Shown here piece after piece: positions 52,643 to 62,558 of a DNA stretch of 64,000 bases. A model generated the notes under the pieces. It ran no database searches and was not told the origin of the DNA. It was given only the letters and a program-made list of their open reading frames with translations. The position numbers and the translations under genes were made by a program. Each line of letters starts with the position of its first letter. Position 1 is the first letter of the stretch. This stretch comes from an uncultured Myxococcales bacterium (GTDB taxonomy: Bacteria; Myxococcota; UBA4151), in NCBI GenBank assembly GCA_964013405.1, contig CAXGWI010000004.1, positions 14,101 through 78,100 of the forward strand, in the 5' to 3' direction.

Positions 52643-55351
52643 TTGAACGGTCGTCTTGCATCCCTCTGTGTCCTTGCGCTTGCCATCGGCTGTGGCGGCG
52701 ACCCACCGGTGTTCGAGCGCTGCGGTGATGGGATCCTGCAAAAGGGCGAAGCCTGCGATGATGGCAATTCGGACAACACCGACGCCTGTACCACCAGCTG
52801 CCTAGGCCCGGTGTGTGGTGATGGCTATCAGCAGGTGGGCGAGCAGTGTGATGACGGTAATGAACTGGACACCGACAGCTGCACGAACGTCTGCCAGCGA
52901 CCCCGCTGTGGTGATGGCATCGTTGGCTTTGGTGAGATCTGCGACGATGGCAACTCGTTGGACGACGACGAGTGCACGACGAACTGTGTCCTGCCCCGTT
53001 GCGGTGATGGTGTGATTCAGGCCGGCGAAGAGTGTGATGACGGTAATGCCAATGACGACGACGAGTGCACCGTGGTGTGTCGGCGCCCCCACTGTGGCGA
53101 TGGGCTTCGCCAAGACGATGAGGAATGCGACGACGGCAATGCGGTCGATGACGACCACTGTACGTCAGCCTGTCGTTTCCCCCGCTGCGGCGACGGGATC
53201 CGGCAGCAGTCGGAGGCCTGTGATGATGGCAACCGCCTGGAGACCGATGAATGTCTCAATAACTGCACCCTGCGGGATTGTGGCGACGGTATCGTCCAGG
53301 AGGCGCATGAAGACTGCGATGACGGCAATCAAATCAACCACGATGATTGCACGACGCATTGCGAGCGACCTCGCTGTGGTGACGGATTTTTGCAGCTCGG
53401 TGAGGAATGTGATGACGGCAACGAACGGGACAACGACGTGTGTACCAACTCCTGTGAACTCCCCCGCTGTGGTGATGGGATCCGCCAGCCCTGGGAGCCC
53501 TGCGACGATGGTAACCGGGAGGATGGCGATGCCTGCACGAACCTTTGTCAGCCGCCTCGCTGCGGCGATGGCGTCGTCCAGGGAGCCGAAGGCTGTGATG
53601 ATGGCAATCAGATCCACGATGATGCTTGTCGCAACGACTGCCAGCGCCCTTCATGCGGCGACAGTGTGCTCCAGACCGGCGAGGAGTGTGACGATGGTAA
53701 CCGAGATGAGGGCGATGCTTGCCGCAACAATTGTCGCCAGGCCCGTTGCGGCGATGGATTTGTTTGGCGGGGGCGTGAGCATTGTGATGACGGCAATCGG
53801 ATCGACAACGATGATTGTCGCAACAACTGTGAGCCGAGCCGTTGCGGCGATGGGGTTGTCAATGAACGCTTCGAAGAGTGTGACGACGGCAACGTGAACA
53901 ACGATGATGACTGCCTGAACGACTGCCGAATCTCCCGCTGTGGCGATGGCTTTCTTCAAGGGGCAGAACAGTGCGACGACGGCGATGCTGACGATGGCGA
54001 TGCGTGCTTGAACAACTGTCGGCTTGCTGCCTGTGGCGACGGCATCATCCGACGGGGTTTTGAGGGCTGCGATGATGGCAACGCCATCGACGATGACGGC
54101 TGTGTACCGAACTGCATCCCTGCCCGCTGTGGCGATGGCTTTCAACGAACCGATGTCGGGCCTGCGCAGCCAGAGTTCGAGGCCTGCGATGATGGCAATA
54201 ACGTGGATGGCGACGGTTGCAGTCAGCACTGCCAGATCGAATCCTGCGGCGATGGTTTGATCCAGTTGGGCGAGGCCTGCGACGACGGTAACCTCGTGGC
54301 TGATGACGCCTGTCGCAACAACTGCCAGGAGGCAGCGTGTGGTGATGGTATCATCTGGCGAGGGCACGAAGAGTGCGACGATGGTGATGACGACCAGGGC
54401 GATGACTGCCTCGGCGATTGCCGCCTGGCTCGCTGTGGTGATGGTGTCATTCGGGTTGGCTTCGAAGCCTGCGACGATGGCAATCTGGACAACACTGACG
54501 AGTGTACGGGGGACTGCAACCCGGCCCGCTGTGGCGATGGCTTCGTTCGAGCCGGTGTGGAAGCCTGCGACGACGGCAACGAGCGATCCGGGGATGGCTG
54601 CACAAATGCCTGCCAGCCGGCTCGTTGCGGCGACGGCATCTTGCACGAGGGTGTCGAGCAATGTGACGACGGTGATGATGACGACGGTGATGGTTGCGAC
54701 CGGTCCTGTCGTGAAGGCGAGGTTGGTGAGGAGCTGCTCGGGGACCCAGGCCTCTTCAAATATCTCATCGGTGCTTGGGGGCAAGGGGGGCCAGAGCTGA
54801 GTTTCCGTTTGGATTCTCACGGCCTTGCAGGGGGTGACCGCAGTGAACTCATCGCCATTCGGGACAGTGCAGCGACTTGGTCCGAACCCGGCTGCAGTGC
54901 GCTGGTGATCGACGAGGAAGAAGGCGGTGTGCAGGCCGACCCTCGGGGCGGGTTCGACCGTTTGAACCAAGTTTGGTTTGAGGGGCGCGCTGCCCGCTGG
55001 ACCTATGGTTCCGGGACGCTTGGCGTGACGCTAACGACCTTTATGGGCAATGGCTGCCGGGTGGGGCGTGCCCGGCCGAGAAACGACTGCACGATCGTCG
55101 ATGCCGACATTCTCTTTAACGCCGTCCACCACGGCGATCGCTGGACGACATCAGACCCCCCAGCCCCCAACGGCTTCGACTTGGAGTCCGTCAGCCTTCA
55201 TGAGTTTGGCCACTTTTTGGGTCTGGATCATCCCTGTGAGCGCTGCTCGGTGGATGCGATCATGAGCCCGTCGATCGGGCTTGGCGACAAGAGACGGACG
55301 CTCTTTGCTGGTGACCACGCCGCCGTCTGCGCCATGTTCCCCGCGGACTGA
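52643..55351 (+). CDS. Lipoprotein with 21 Myxococcus Cys-rich (DUF4215-type) repeats and a C-terminal matrixin (M10) zinc metalloprotease
   Basis: LALAIG-C lipobox and 21 CGD[GS]..E.CDDG units counted by eye. GTLGVT, DADILFN, HEFGHFLGLDH and Met-turn AIMSP. Confidence 0.88.
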   Translation: MNGRLASLCVLALAIGCGGDPPVFERCGDGILQKGEACDDGNSDNTDACTTSCLGPVCGDGYQQVGEQCDDGNELDTDSCTNVCQRPRCGDGIVGFGEICDDGNSLDDDECTTNCVLPRCGDGVIQAGEECDDGNANDDDECTVVCRRPHCGDGLRQDDEECDDGNAVDDDHCTSACRFPRCGDGIRQQSEACDDGNRLETDECLNNCTLRDCGDGIVQEAHEDCDDGNQINHDDCTTHCERPRCGDGFLQLGEECDDGNERDNDVCTNSCELPRCGDGIRQPWEPCDDGNREDGDACTNLCQPPRCGDGVVQGAEGCDDGNQIHDDACRNDCQRPSCGDSVLQTGEECDDGNRDEGDACRNNCRQARCGDGFVWRGREHCDDGNRIDNDDCRNNCEPSRCGDGVVNERFEECDDGNVNNDDDCLNDCRISRCGDGFLQGAEQCDDGDADDGDACLNNCRLAACGDGIIRRGFEGCDDGNAIDDDGCVPNCIPARCGDGFQRTDVGPAQPEFEACDDGNNVDGDGCSQHCQIESCGDGLIQLGEACDDGNLVADDACRNNCQEAACGDGIIWRGHEECDDGDDDQGDDCLGDCRLARCGDGVIRVGFEACDDGNLDNTDECTGDCNPARCGDGFVRAGVEACDDGNERSGDGCTNACQPARCGDGILHEGVEQCDDGDDDDGDGCDRSCREGEVGEELLGDPGLFKYLIGAWGQGGPELSFRLDSHGLAGGDRSELIAIRDSAATWSEPGCSALVIDEEEGGVQADPRGGFDRLNQVWFEGRAARWTYGSGTLGVTLTTFMGNGCRVGRARPRNDCTIVDADILFNAVHHGDRWTTSDPPAPNGFDLESVSLHEFGHFLGLDHPCERCSVDAIMSPSIGLGDKRRTLFAGDHAAVCAMFPAD

Positions 55352-55356
55352 TCGCC

Positions 55357-56793
55357 TTAGGGCTCGAACCAGTGTCCTACTTCCTGGTCGTGGGGCATGG
55401 CGAGCCGCGGCGCACGGAAATACTTGAAGGGGGTGTAGAAGCCCAGGTTGCTCACTCGGCTGGTGTAGATGCAGGCGTAGCGCTCCACTTGTTGGGCGAG
55501 GAGGCTTTCATCGTTGCCGGCCCGCATCATATGTCCCCAACTTGGATGGGTCCTTTGCAGGTTCGACAGGATCTCCCCGAGTTCGCTGTCTAAGCCCTCC
55601 ACCTCCAGTCGGATCTGCTCCCGGCGAGCACGGGTTTCGTCGGTGGCCCGATCCCGGAGTCCCAGCAGGCGTAGATCATTACTCTCATTTTCGAGCAGTT
55701 CTTTGGCCCGCATCAGTTCGTTGATTCGACCTTGTTGGCCCCGGTCATCAGCCAGGGCTTCCAACTCCTTTTCCAACTCCCGCAACACCACACAGGTTCG
55801 CCACTTGAAGCGGCTTTTCGAGACGATGACATCGCCATAAACATGGTCGCCGACGTAGAGGATGTCGTCGCCGGAGAGGCCCAGGTGGGCTTCGACTTTC
55901 TCGGCATCGCCCCCCAGATAGACCTTGCCGGTCTCGAGGCTGCCTTGAACTGGGCGCAGCAGCTCACCACAGATCTCAAACATCCGCTTGCTGCCCTGGA
56001 AGAAGCCCGGCTTGCGGCTCTCGACGATGATGAGATCGAAGAGGGCTTCCCAGGGCATGTCTTCGGGCAGGTATGGGCCGTAGGCGTGGTCCATCACCGG
56101 TTTGACAAAACCCCACTCTGAATTCGTGATCAGGAGCAACTTTTTGCCCGCTCGCTTTTGATCCAAGAGGGTCTGTGCAGCCATTGGGTCCGCTTGGATA
56201 TAGCGCTCCGGTTGGGCGATGACATCTCGTTTCAAAGCCCCTTCGATGTGGGCTTGATCCAGGCTTTCTCGGGTCGTCTCCCACAGCTTGGCGTAGCTAT
56301 GGCAACCGGGCAGCCCTTCTTGGTCGTAGATGTCCACCAGTTGGGCGAAGATACAGCCCTCCGAGAGACTAAAGAGCGTGTCCAAATACACCATATCCTG
56401 ATCGCCGGAGTCGATGACAGGGCGGTCGTATTGGGCTCGGAGCGGTTGTCCAGAGAGCCGGCGGCAGCCGTGGGTCGCTGCTTTGATGTATCCGAAGCGG
56501 TTGACCTTGAGCAGGTTGCCCCGCTGGGTGTCGACAACCAGACCCCGCACAGCCAGGTTCGGATCAAATTCGAGGGCTTGGACGGACGGAGCATCCCAGC
56601 CATGGTCCAACAGGCGCTTCTTGAGGGCGAGATAGGCCCGCTCCTCCCAAGCGACGGCATCGTAATGGACGAGGGTGTAGTCCATATCGTAGCCGATCGC
56701 CTTGACCTGCTTCATGTTCAGCGTTCGATTCACAAAGACGCCGCGCCCGGCTTCAGGGCTCCCGATGAGCGGCTCTTCTCGAATATCCTTCAT
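55357..56793 (-). CDS. HAD-IG family 5'-nucleotidase
   Basis: VFVNRTLN, GYDMDYTL, LITNSEW, RKPGFF, YVGDH.YGD and YACIYTSRVSN. ATGA overlap. Confidence 0.92.
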   Translation of the reverse strand: MKDIREEPLIGSPEAGRGVFVNRTLNMKQVKAIGYDMDYTLVHYDAVAWEERAYLALKKRLLDHGWDAPSVQALEFDPNLAVRGLVVDTQRGNLLKVNRFGYIKAATHGCRRLSGQPLRAQYDRPVIDSGDQDMVYLDTLFSLSEGCIFAQLVDIYDQEGLPGCHSYAKLWETTRESLDQAHIEGALKRDVIAQPERYIQADPMAAQTLLDQKRAGKKLLLITNSEWGFVKPVMDHAYGPYLPEDMPWEALFDLIIVESRKPGFFQGSKRMFEICGELLRPVQGSLETGKVYLGGDAEKVEAHLGLSGDDILYVGDHVYGDVIVSKSRFKWRTCVVLRELEKELEALADDRGQQGRINELMRAKELLENESNDLRLLGLRDRATDETRARREQIRLEVEGLDSELGEILSNLQRTHPSWGHMMRAGNDESLLAQQVERYACIYTSRVSNLGFYTPFKYFRAPRLAMPHDQEVGHWFEP

Positions 56794-57563
56794 TCGTCCC
56801 AGCCCATGGCCTGAACAAAACCGATGGTGTAATCTACGAGCGAATAGGCAGTGTAGACTGCTGCTGTGAGCACCAGCCAGTAGATCCAAACCTTCGCATC
56901 AAAGGCAGGCACGGTGTACCAATACATGACGAGGAAGGGGGCCAGTCCTAAGAGGAAAAGCCCTGAGGTCAGAAGGAGCATGCCGCCACGGAAGCGGAAG
57001 TAGAGGCAATAAACCCAATAAGCGATCGAGCCACCGATGACGACCCAGAGATAGGCTTGGCGACTCGCCGGCGTGGCCAGGAGTTCTTGTTGGGAGGCTA
57101 CGACGAGAAGCAGGACTGGGACGAGGCTTGCCACCGACTGGAGGGCCCCCTTGATCTTGCCTGAAAGTCGAGCGCCCATCACGAAGCCCTCGCTGGCGGC
57201 GAAGGCCCGATAATAGGCGATGGAAATATCCCGCAGGAAGAAGATCAAAACCATCCAGAACGGAACGAGGTCCATGGCTAGGAAGGTCATGAAGATCACC
57301 ACCCGGGTGATGGAGTCGGCCAAGGGGTCGAGGAGTTTGCCGATCTTCGAAACTTCGCCCCGGTCCCGGGCGATATAACCGTCAGTGATATCGCTCAACT
57401 CAGCGAAGGCCAGCAAGACGAAGGACGAGAGGAGGAAGAAAGGCTCATTTTTGAGCAGGCACGGAACGATAATTGGCAGCAACAAGAGCCGCATGGCCGT
57501 CACGAGATTCGGTGCCGTCAAAACCTTGGGTCTTGCAGCGGTATCGCTGGGTTCGGAGTTCAC
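56790..57563 (-). CDS. pgsA: CDP-alcohol phosphatidyltransferase (PgsA-like) with extra C-terminal TM helices
   Basis: PN.VT..R, D.TDGYIAR..G.VS.IGKLLDPLAD and GKIK. Confidence 0.78.
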   Translation of the reverse strand: MNSEPSDTAARPKVLTAPNLVTAMRLLLLPIIVPCLLKNEPFFLLSSFVLLAFAELSDITDGYIARDRGEVSKIGKLLDPLADSITRVVIFMTFLAMDLVPFWMVLIFFLRDISIAYYRAFAASEGFVMGARLSGKIKGALQSVASLVPVLLLVVASQQELLATPASRQAYLWVVIGGSIAYWVYCLYFRFRGGMLLLTSGLFLLGLAPFLVMYWYTVPAFDAKVWIYWLVLTAAVYTAYSLVDYTIGFVQAMGWDE

Positions 57564-57612
57564 GCTCTAAGCACTAGCCCGGACTGGGGTGGACGGCAAA
57601 GAAACACAGCGC

Positions 57613-58005
57613 TTACTTCCAGTCGGTATTGGCGTTGATGGCCGCGTCACGGCGTAACTCGGCCTCCCAGTCTCGCTTGGCGGGCTTCGCCGTCATCAGG
57701 CGTTCCCAGTGGGTCAGCGCGATCTGTCGAAGATCGGAACCCAGCTCTGCGACGCTTACTTGGACCTGGGCCTCAACGAGATCGAAATCGAGATTCCAGA
57801 AATCCTCTGGTCGGAGATGGAAGTCCTCAAGGGCCTGTTTGATGACCCCCGCACCGACACCGAAGCGGCGGGCGACGTCATGGACGTTGCCGAAACGGTA
57901 ATCGCCGGCCTCCTGAATGCCGAGGTGGTAGCAGCAAAAGAGTTCAAAGGCTTCGATGCCATGGGCCTGGGCAATCTCGCTCGCGCCCAATTCAAAGGAC
58001 TTCAA
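57613..58005 (-). CDS. Hypothetical protein
   Basis: 130-aa ORF coupled to the upstream gene (TTGA); FELFCCYHLGI...YRFGN.HDVARRF. Confidence 0.65.
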   Translation of the reverse strand: MKSFELGASEIAQAHGIEAFELFCCYHLGIQEAGDYRFGNVHDVARRFGVGAGVIKQALEDFHLRPEDFWNLDFDLVEAQVQVSVAELGSDLRQIALTHWERLMTAKPAKRDWEAELRRDAAINANTDWK

Positions 58006-58466
58006 TGGGACGCCGTGGTGTCGAAGTTGCCGATGCGAAGGGCTTGTAGGTGGGCTTCTACTCGCTCCATATCCACAGGGAATCCCGTTTCGGGGAGGTG
58101 GAAGTCACCCTCTCGATAGCCGGGGATGAAGAGGATCGGCATCGCCTTGGAATTGTAGCCTAGTTGCACGAGATCATTGGGCAGGAACTCCCGACACTCC
58201 TTGTCGCAGCAATGAAAAGTAGTCTGAACCCGGTAGAAACCTTCGGCAGGAAGGGCCTCCAGGCTCCGGGCGTATTCATTGCTCGGGATCACGATGCCCC
58301 GACTGTCGAAGCGGGCCCGGTTGTCCTGCCAACCACTGGGGTAATAGACGCCAGGACCCGGCTTGCCATGGTTATGAAAATAAACCAGTCGGTCCGCCTT
58401 GATGCCGTCGAGGCTGGCTACGGTCGTCTTATACAGGCCACAGGGAGGAAGTTCGGCGTCGCTCAT
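58002..58466 (-). CDS. Hypothetical protein
   Basis: Internally duplicated pattern: LP.CGLYKT..LVYFHNHG.PGP and LPAEGFYRV..CC..C..LVQLGYN....PILF.P. Confidence 0.65.
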   Translation of the reverse strand: MSDAELPPCGLYKTTVASLDGIKADRLVYFHNHGKPGPGVYYPSGWQDNRARFDSRGIVIPSNEYARSLEALPAEGFYRVQTTFHCCDKECREFLPNDLVQLGYNSKAMPILFIPGYREGDFHLPETGFPVDMERVEAHLQALRIGNFDTTASH

Positions 58467-58588
58467 GCCCCACTGCCTATGCACTCCTCGCCGTTGGCGC
58501 AACCATCCATCCCATTTAGTCATGGATGCGAAGCAGTTGTTAGGGTACCGGACGGCACGTCATGCCGAGAATTAGAACAGGAGCTACC

Positions 58589-60019
58589 ATGACCACCAAT
58601 CTAGACTACGAGGTCAAAGACATCGCTTTGGCTGAATTTGGACGCAAGGAAATCACGATCGCCGAGAAGGAGATGCCTGGCCTGATGGCGACTCGGGAAA
58701 AGTATGGCCCCCAAAAGCCGCTGGCTGGTGTCAAGGTGATGGGATCATTGCACATGACGGTTCAGACGGCGGTGTTGATTGAAACGCTGGTGGATCTCGG
58801 TGCCGACGTCCGTTGGTGCTCCTGCAATATCTACTCGACTCAGGACCATGCGGCCGCAGCCATTGCGGCTGCCGGGGTGCCAGTCTTTGCTTGGAAGGGT
58901 GAAACCCTCGAAGAGTATTGGGACTGCACGTTCAGCGCACTCACCTGGCCCGACGGCAGTGGTCCGGACCAAATCGTTGATGACGGCGGTGACGCCACCT
59001 TGCTGATCCATAAAGGGGTCGAGTTAGAAGGTGGTGACGCTTCTTGGGTGAACAGCCCCGGGGAGTCGGAGGAAGAGCAAGTCATCAAGGATCTTTTGAA
59101 GAAAGTTCACGGTGAGCGCCCCCAGCATTGGACCGCCATGGCGAAGTCCGTCGTCGGCGTCTCCGAGGAAACCACCACGGGGGTTCACCGACTGGAGAAA
59201 ATGGAGGAGCGCGGCGAGCTTCTCTTTCAGGCCATCAACGTCAATGACTCGGTGACCAAGTCCAAGTTCGACAACGTTTACGGCTGCCGCCATTCCCTGG
59301 TGGATGGTATCAAGCGGGCCATGGACGTGTTGGTGTCTGGCAAGGTGGCGATGGTCTGTGGCTTCGGCGATGTGGGTAAGGGCTCGGCCGAAAGCCTTTC
59401 CATGGAGAAGGCCCGGGTCATGGTCTCCGAGATCGATCCGATCTGTGCGCTCCAAGCCTGCATGGCCGGCTATCAAGTAACGACCGTCGAGGATGCCTTG
59501 GCGGTGGCCGATATCTTTGTGACCACCACGGGCAACAAGGACATCATCACGGCGGAGCACATGAGCCGCATGAAGGATCAGGCGATCGTCTGCAATATCG
59601 GTCACTTCGATAACGAGATCCAAGTGGCTGCCCTTGAGGCCTTTCCCGGTGTGGTTCGGGAAGAGATCAAGAGCGACAGCATCCCGGGTGGGCCGGTCAC
59701 CCGCTTCACCTTCCCTAATGGCAACAGCATCTACCTGTTGGCCGAGGGGCGTCTGATCAACTTGGGCTGCGCCACTGGCCATCCCAGTTTCGTGATGAGC
59801 AACAGCTTCACGAACCAGACCATCGCTCAGATCGATATCAAGCAGAATCCCGACCGGGGAATCGGCGTGTATCGACTCGACAAGAAGTTGGACGAGGAAG
59901 TGGCTCGGCTTCACTTGGACAAACTGGGGGCCAAGTTGACGGTCCTCAGCCAAGAGCAAGCGGACTACATCGATGTCCCCGTCGATGGGCCCTATAAGCC
60001 AGAGCACTACCGCTACTAG
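58589..60019 (+). CDS. ahcY: Adenosylhomocysteinase
   Basis: [69 protein letters not shown] and [10 protein letters not shown]. Confidence 0.97.
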   Translation: MTTNLDYEVKDIALAEFGRKEITIAEKEMPGLMATREKYGPQKPLAGVKVMGSLHMTVQTAVLIETLVDLGADVRWCSCNIYSTQDHAAAAIAAAGVPVFAWKGETLEEYWDCTFSALTWPDGSGPDQIVDDGGDATLLIHKGVELEGGDASWVNSPGESEEEQVIKDLLKKVHGERPQHWTAMAKSVVGVSEETTTGVHRLEKMEERGELLFQAINVNDSVTKSKFDNVYGCRHSLVDGIKRAMDVLVSGKVAMVCGFGDVGKGSAESLSMEKARVMVSEIDPICALQACMAGYQVTTVEDALAVADIFVTTTGNKDIITAEHMSRMKDQAIVCNIGHFDNEIQVAALEAFPGVVREEIKSDSIPGGPVTRFTFPNGNSIYLLAEGRLINLGCATGHPSFVMSNSFTNQTIAQIDIKQNPDRGIGVYRLDKKLDEEVARLHLDKLGAKLTVLSQEQADYIDVPVDGPYKPEHYRY

Positions 60020-60078
60020 CGTTAGCGCCCGGATTGTCGGGGGGCCAAGGCTCCGCTAAAGGGAGTTTAGGAGCCCCG

Positions 60079-62043
60079 ATGCAAGGCCTTCGTTTCGCGT
60101 GTCTGCTCGTTGTCCTTGGCTGCCCTGGTGAGCCGAGTGAGCCGCTAGATGCCGGGCCGACGTCACCCAGTCTAAGTGATCGCTGCGTCCAAGGGATGAA
60201 TTGGCGGCCTGGGAACCCGATCTTTGCCGAGGTGACCGATGCCTGGGGCTTTGAGGCTCTGGACTTACGCGGCACGCGCCTGTCCGTCCTCGACTTTGAT
60301 GGCGATGGCTACGAAGACCTGTTCATTCGCCGCGGCGATGGCCCCGACGACTTTCGGGCCGAGGGCGACCGCAATCGCTGGTTATTGCGCAACCGGGGGG
60401 GCGAAGGCTTCGAGGACGTGACTGAATCCTCTGGGCTTCTGGCCCACCGCAACGGGGACGAACCGTGGCGAGGTCGCCTTGGCTCGGTGATGGCCGCCGG
60501 TGATGTGGACAACGATGGTGACCTGGATGTGGTGACCTTGGTGAGCTTGCCCCGTGATCCCGACAATGGTGACCGGCATGAAGTGATGCTAAATCGTGGG
60601 GATGGTACTTTTGAGTTAGGCCCCGAAGACAGTCCATTGCGGGCAGCTCGGACCGCGGTTCCGGCGGGCCTGTCACTGACGGATGTCGACCGGGACGGTT
60701 ATCTGGACCTATGGATCACCCATAACATGCTGGGCAATGCGAACAGTCCGCTCCGGGATGAACTCTGGCGGGGGGATGGGACCGGACGATTTTTCGAAAT
60801 CGGTCGTAGTATGGGGATCGATACCAAGGATTGGAACCGAGCCACTGTCGCCGATATGAATGGGGCCCTTGGGAACAGTTGGGCCTGGGGTTCGGCCGCG
60901 TGCGACTTGAACGGCGATGGAGACCCGGAACTTCTCGCAAGTTCTTATGGCCGTCGGCCCAATCACCTGTGGCTGAGCGCCCAAGATGAACATGGCCGGA
61001 TTTTTTATGAGAACCACTCTGTGGCCAGTGGCTACGCCTACGATCAAGATCAGGACTGGACCACGAACCTGAGCGCCCAATGCTACTGTGTTGATCAACC
61101 GGCCGCCGCAGAATGCGATCAAGCGCCCACACCGAACCCGCAAGTCTGTGATGGTTTACGGCAGAGCTTTGGCCCCAACTATCGCTGGCACCATGCCACC
61201 GGTCGAGAGGCCTTTAATCTAGGCGGGAACTCCGGCGCGACCACCTGTGCGGATCTGGACAGTGACGGGGATCTCGACCTGCTCACGGGGGAAATCGTCC
61301 ATGCCGATGTGGGGGCGAATTCCGATCCGGCCGAAGCCCTCTTCAACCGAGGCGAAGTCCCACTGCGTTTCGAGCGTCCAGGCAATCAGGCCACGGGCCT
61401 CTACCGGGAGCACCGGGGCAGCTATTGGGATGAAGGCATTATGACGAACGCGGTGCTGGACTTCGACAACGATGGCTTTCTCGACGTGTTTCTAGGGGCC
61501 TCGGATTATCCGAACAACGAGGGGCTTCTTTATCATCAGCATCGGGTAGGGCTGTGGCGCCTCGTGGGCTTAGAGGACTATTTCGACAACAATCGGAACC
61601 ACGGTGTGGTCGCTGCTGATTTCGACAACGATGGCGACGTGGACATTGCGGTGGGAACGAGTCGCATGCGTTGTGGTGGGGCGATGGGCGCAGATTGCTA
61701 TTCGCCCCCCCGCACCCGAATCTTTGAAAATGTATTGGGCAACGAGAACAACTGGGTCCAATTCCACTTAGAAGGGGGCGTTCATGCCAACGCTTCGGCG
61801 ATCGGCGCCCAGGTCACCGTTCGGGTGACCGGTTCATCCCAAATGCAAGAGGTGGACGGGGCCCATGGACACTTCAACACGCAGAGTGATTTGACCCTCC
61901 ACTTCGGTTTGGGGCCGAACTGCGAGGCCGATGTGGAGATCCGCTGGCCTGACGATGAACTGAGCGTGCAGCGATTTAAGGTGCAAGCCGGCTACCGGTA
62001 TCGGGTGGTCCAGGGCCGGACGCCGGAGGCGATCACGCCCTGA
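60079..62043 (+). CDS. CRTAC1-family (FG-GAP plus ASPIC/UnbV) lipoprotein
   Basis: LLVVLG-CP signal and D.DNDGD.D repeats. Canonical ASPIC/UnbV C-terminus: NWVQ..LEG....N.SAIGA.V.V, Q....LHFGLG and EIRWP. Confidence 0.88.
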   Translation: MQGLRFACLLVVLGCPGEPSEPLDAGPTSPSLSDRCVQGMNWRPGNPIFAEVTDAWGFEALDLRGTRLSVLDFDGDGYEDLFIRRGDGPDDFRAEGDRNRWLLRNRGGEGFEDVTESSGLLAHRNGDEPWRGRLGSVMAAGDVDNDGDLDVVTLVSLPRDPDNGDRHEVMLNRGDGTFELGPEDSPLRAARTAVPAGLSLTDVDRDGYLDLWITHNMLGNANSPLRDELWRGDGTGRFFEIGRSMGIDTKDWNRATVADMNGALGNSWAWGSAACDLNGDGDPELLASSYGRRPNHLWLSAQDEHGRIFYENHSVASGYAYDQDQDWTTNLSAQCYCVDQPAAAECDQAPTPNPQVCDGLRQSFGPNYRWHHATGREAFNLGGNSGATTCADLDSDGDLDLLTGEIVHADVGANSDPAEALFNRGEVPLRFERPGNQATGLYREHRGSYWDEGIMTNAVLDFDNDGFLDVFLGASDYPNNEGLLYHQHRVGLWRLVGLEDYFDNNRNHGVVAADFDNDGDVDIAVGTSRMRCGGAMGADCYSPPRTRIFENVLGNENNWVQFHLEGGVHANASAIGAQVTVRVTGSSQMQEVDGAHGHFNTQSDLTLHFGLGPNCEADVEIRWPDDELSVQRFKVQAGYRYRVVQGRTPEAITP

Positions 62044-62558
62044 TGGAGCGACGGCGGTTTCTTCAACTGGGTTTGGGCGGCACGGTCGTGCTCGCCATCG
62101 GCGGCATCGGTTTGGGGCTCCGGTCCACACGCTTGCGCCCCGAAACACCAGACCTGAAGGTCTTCAACGCAAAGGAATATGCCATTCTGTGGGCGATGGC
62201 CCAGCGGATTTGTCCCGGTGGGAACGGCTTACCCACCATCGATGAGCTGCAAATCTGCCAGAAACTGGATGCCTTATTCAGCCGCATGGCAGCCCGAGAC
62301 CAAAAGGACATGAAACTGGCATTGAACGTGTTTGAAAATGCGGTGGCCGGGCTGGTGCTTGAAGGCCGCATCACGCCCTTCACCCAGTTGGACCCGGAGG
62401 CCCAGGACCAAGCCCTTGCCCGCTGGCGGGGGAGTCGCTTGGAGACGGCAAGAGTCATTTACCGTTCGGTTCGGGACCTCGTTGCCGGTACCTATTGGGG
62501 CGATCCCAAGTGTTTTGCAGCGGTGGGTTACCCCGGCCCGCCGGCTTTGGGGGGCTGA
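62043..62558 (+). CDS. Tat-signal protein, gluconate 2-dehydrogenase subunit 3-like partner of the GMC oxidoreductase
   Basis: MERRRFL twin-arginine signal, PFTQL....Q...L..WR.S and YWGDP....VGYPGP. Confidence 0.78.
   Translation: MERRRFLQLGLGGTVVLAIGGIGLGLRSTRLRPETPDLKVFNAKEYAILWAMAQRICPGGNGLPTIDELQICQKLDALFSRMAARDQKDMKLALNVFENAVAGLVLEGRITPFTQLDPEAQDQALARWRGSRLETARVIYRSVRDLVAGTYWGDPKCFAAVGYPGPPALGG

Noticed and set aside
52720..54720. Roughly 93-bp periodicity as a CRISPR array or DNA tandem repeat
   Set aside because: The units are degenerate at third codon positions and encode protein Cys repeats. There are no identical repeats with unique spacers and no cas genes.
53651..54970. Long antisense ORFs (also 41429-42469, 59024-60007, 30096-30782 and 6364-7041)
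   Set aside because: They are mirror frames of well-supported genes, expected in GC-rich DNA, and have no recognisable motifs.
58470..58588. SAH riboswitch upstream of ahcY
   Set aside because: I could not find the conserved GAGGAGCG..GC / CAGGCTC elements by eye. An Infernal search with the SAH riboswitch model would settle it.
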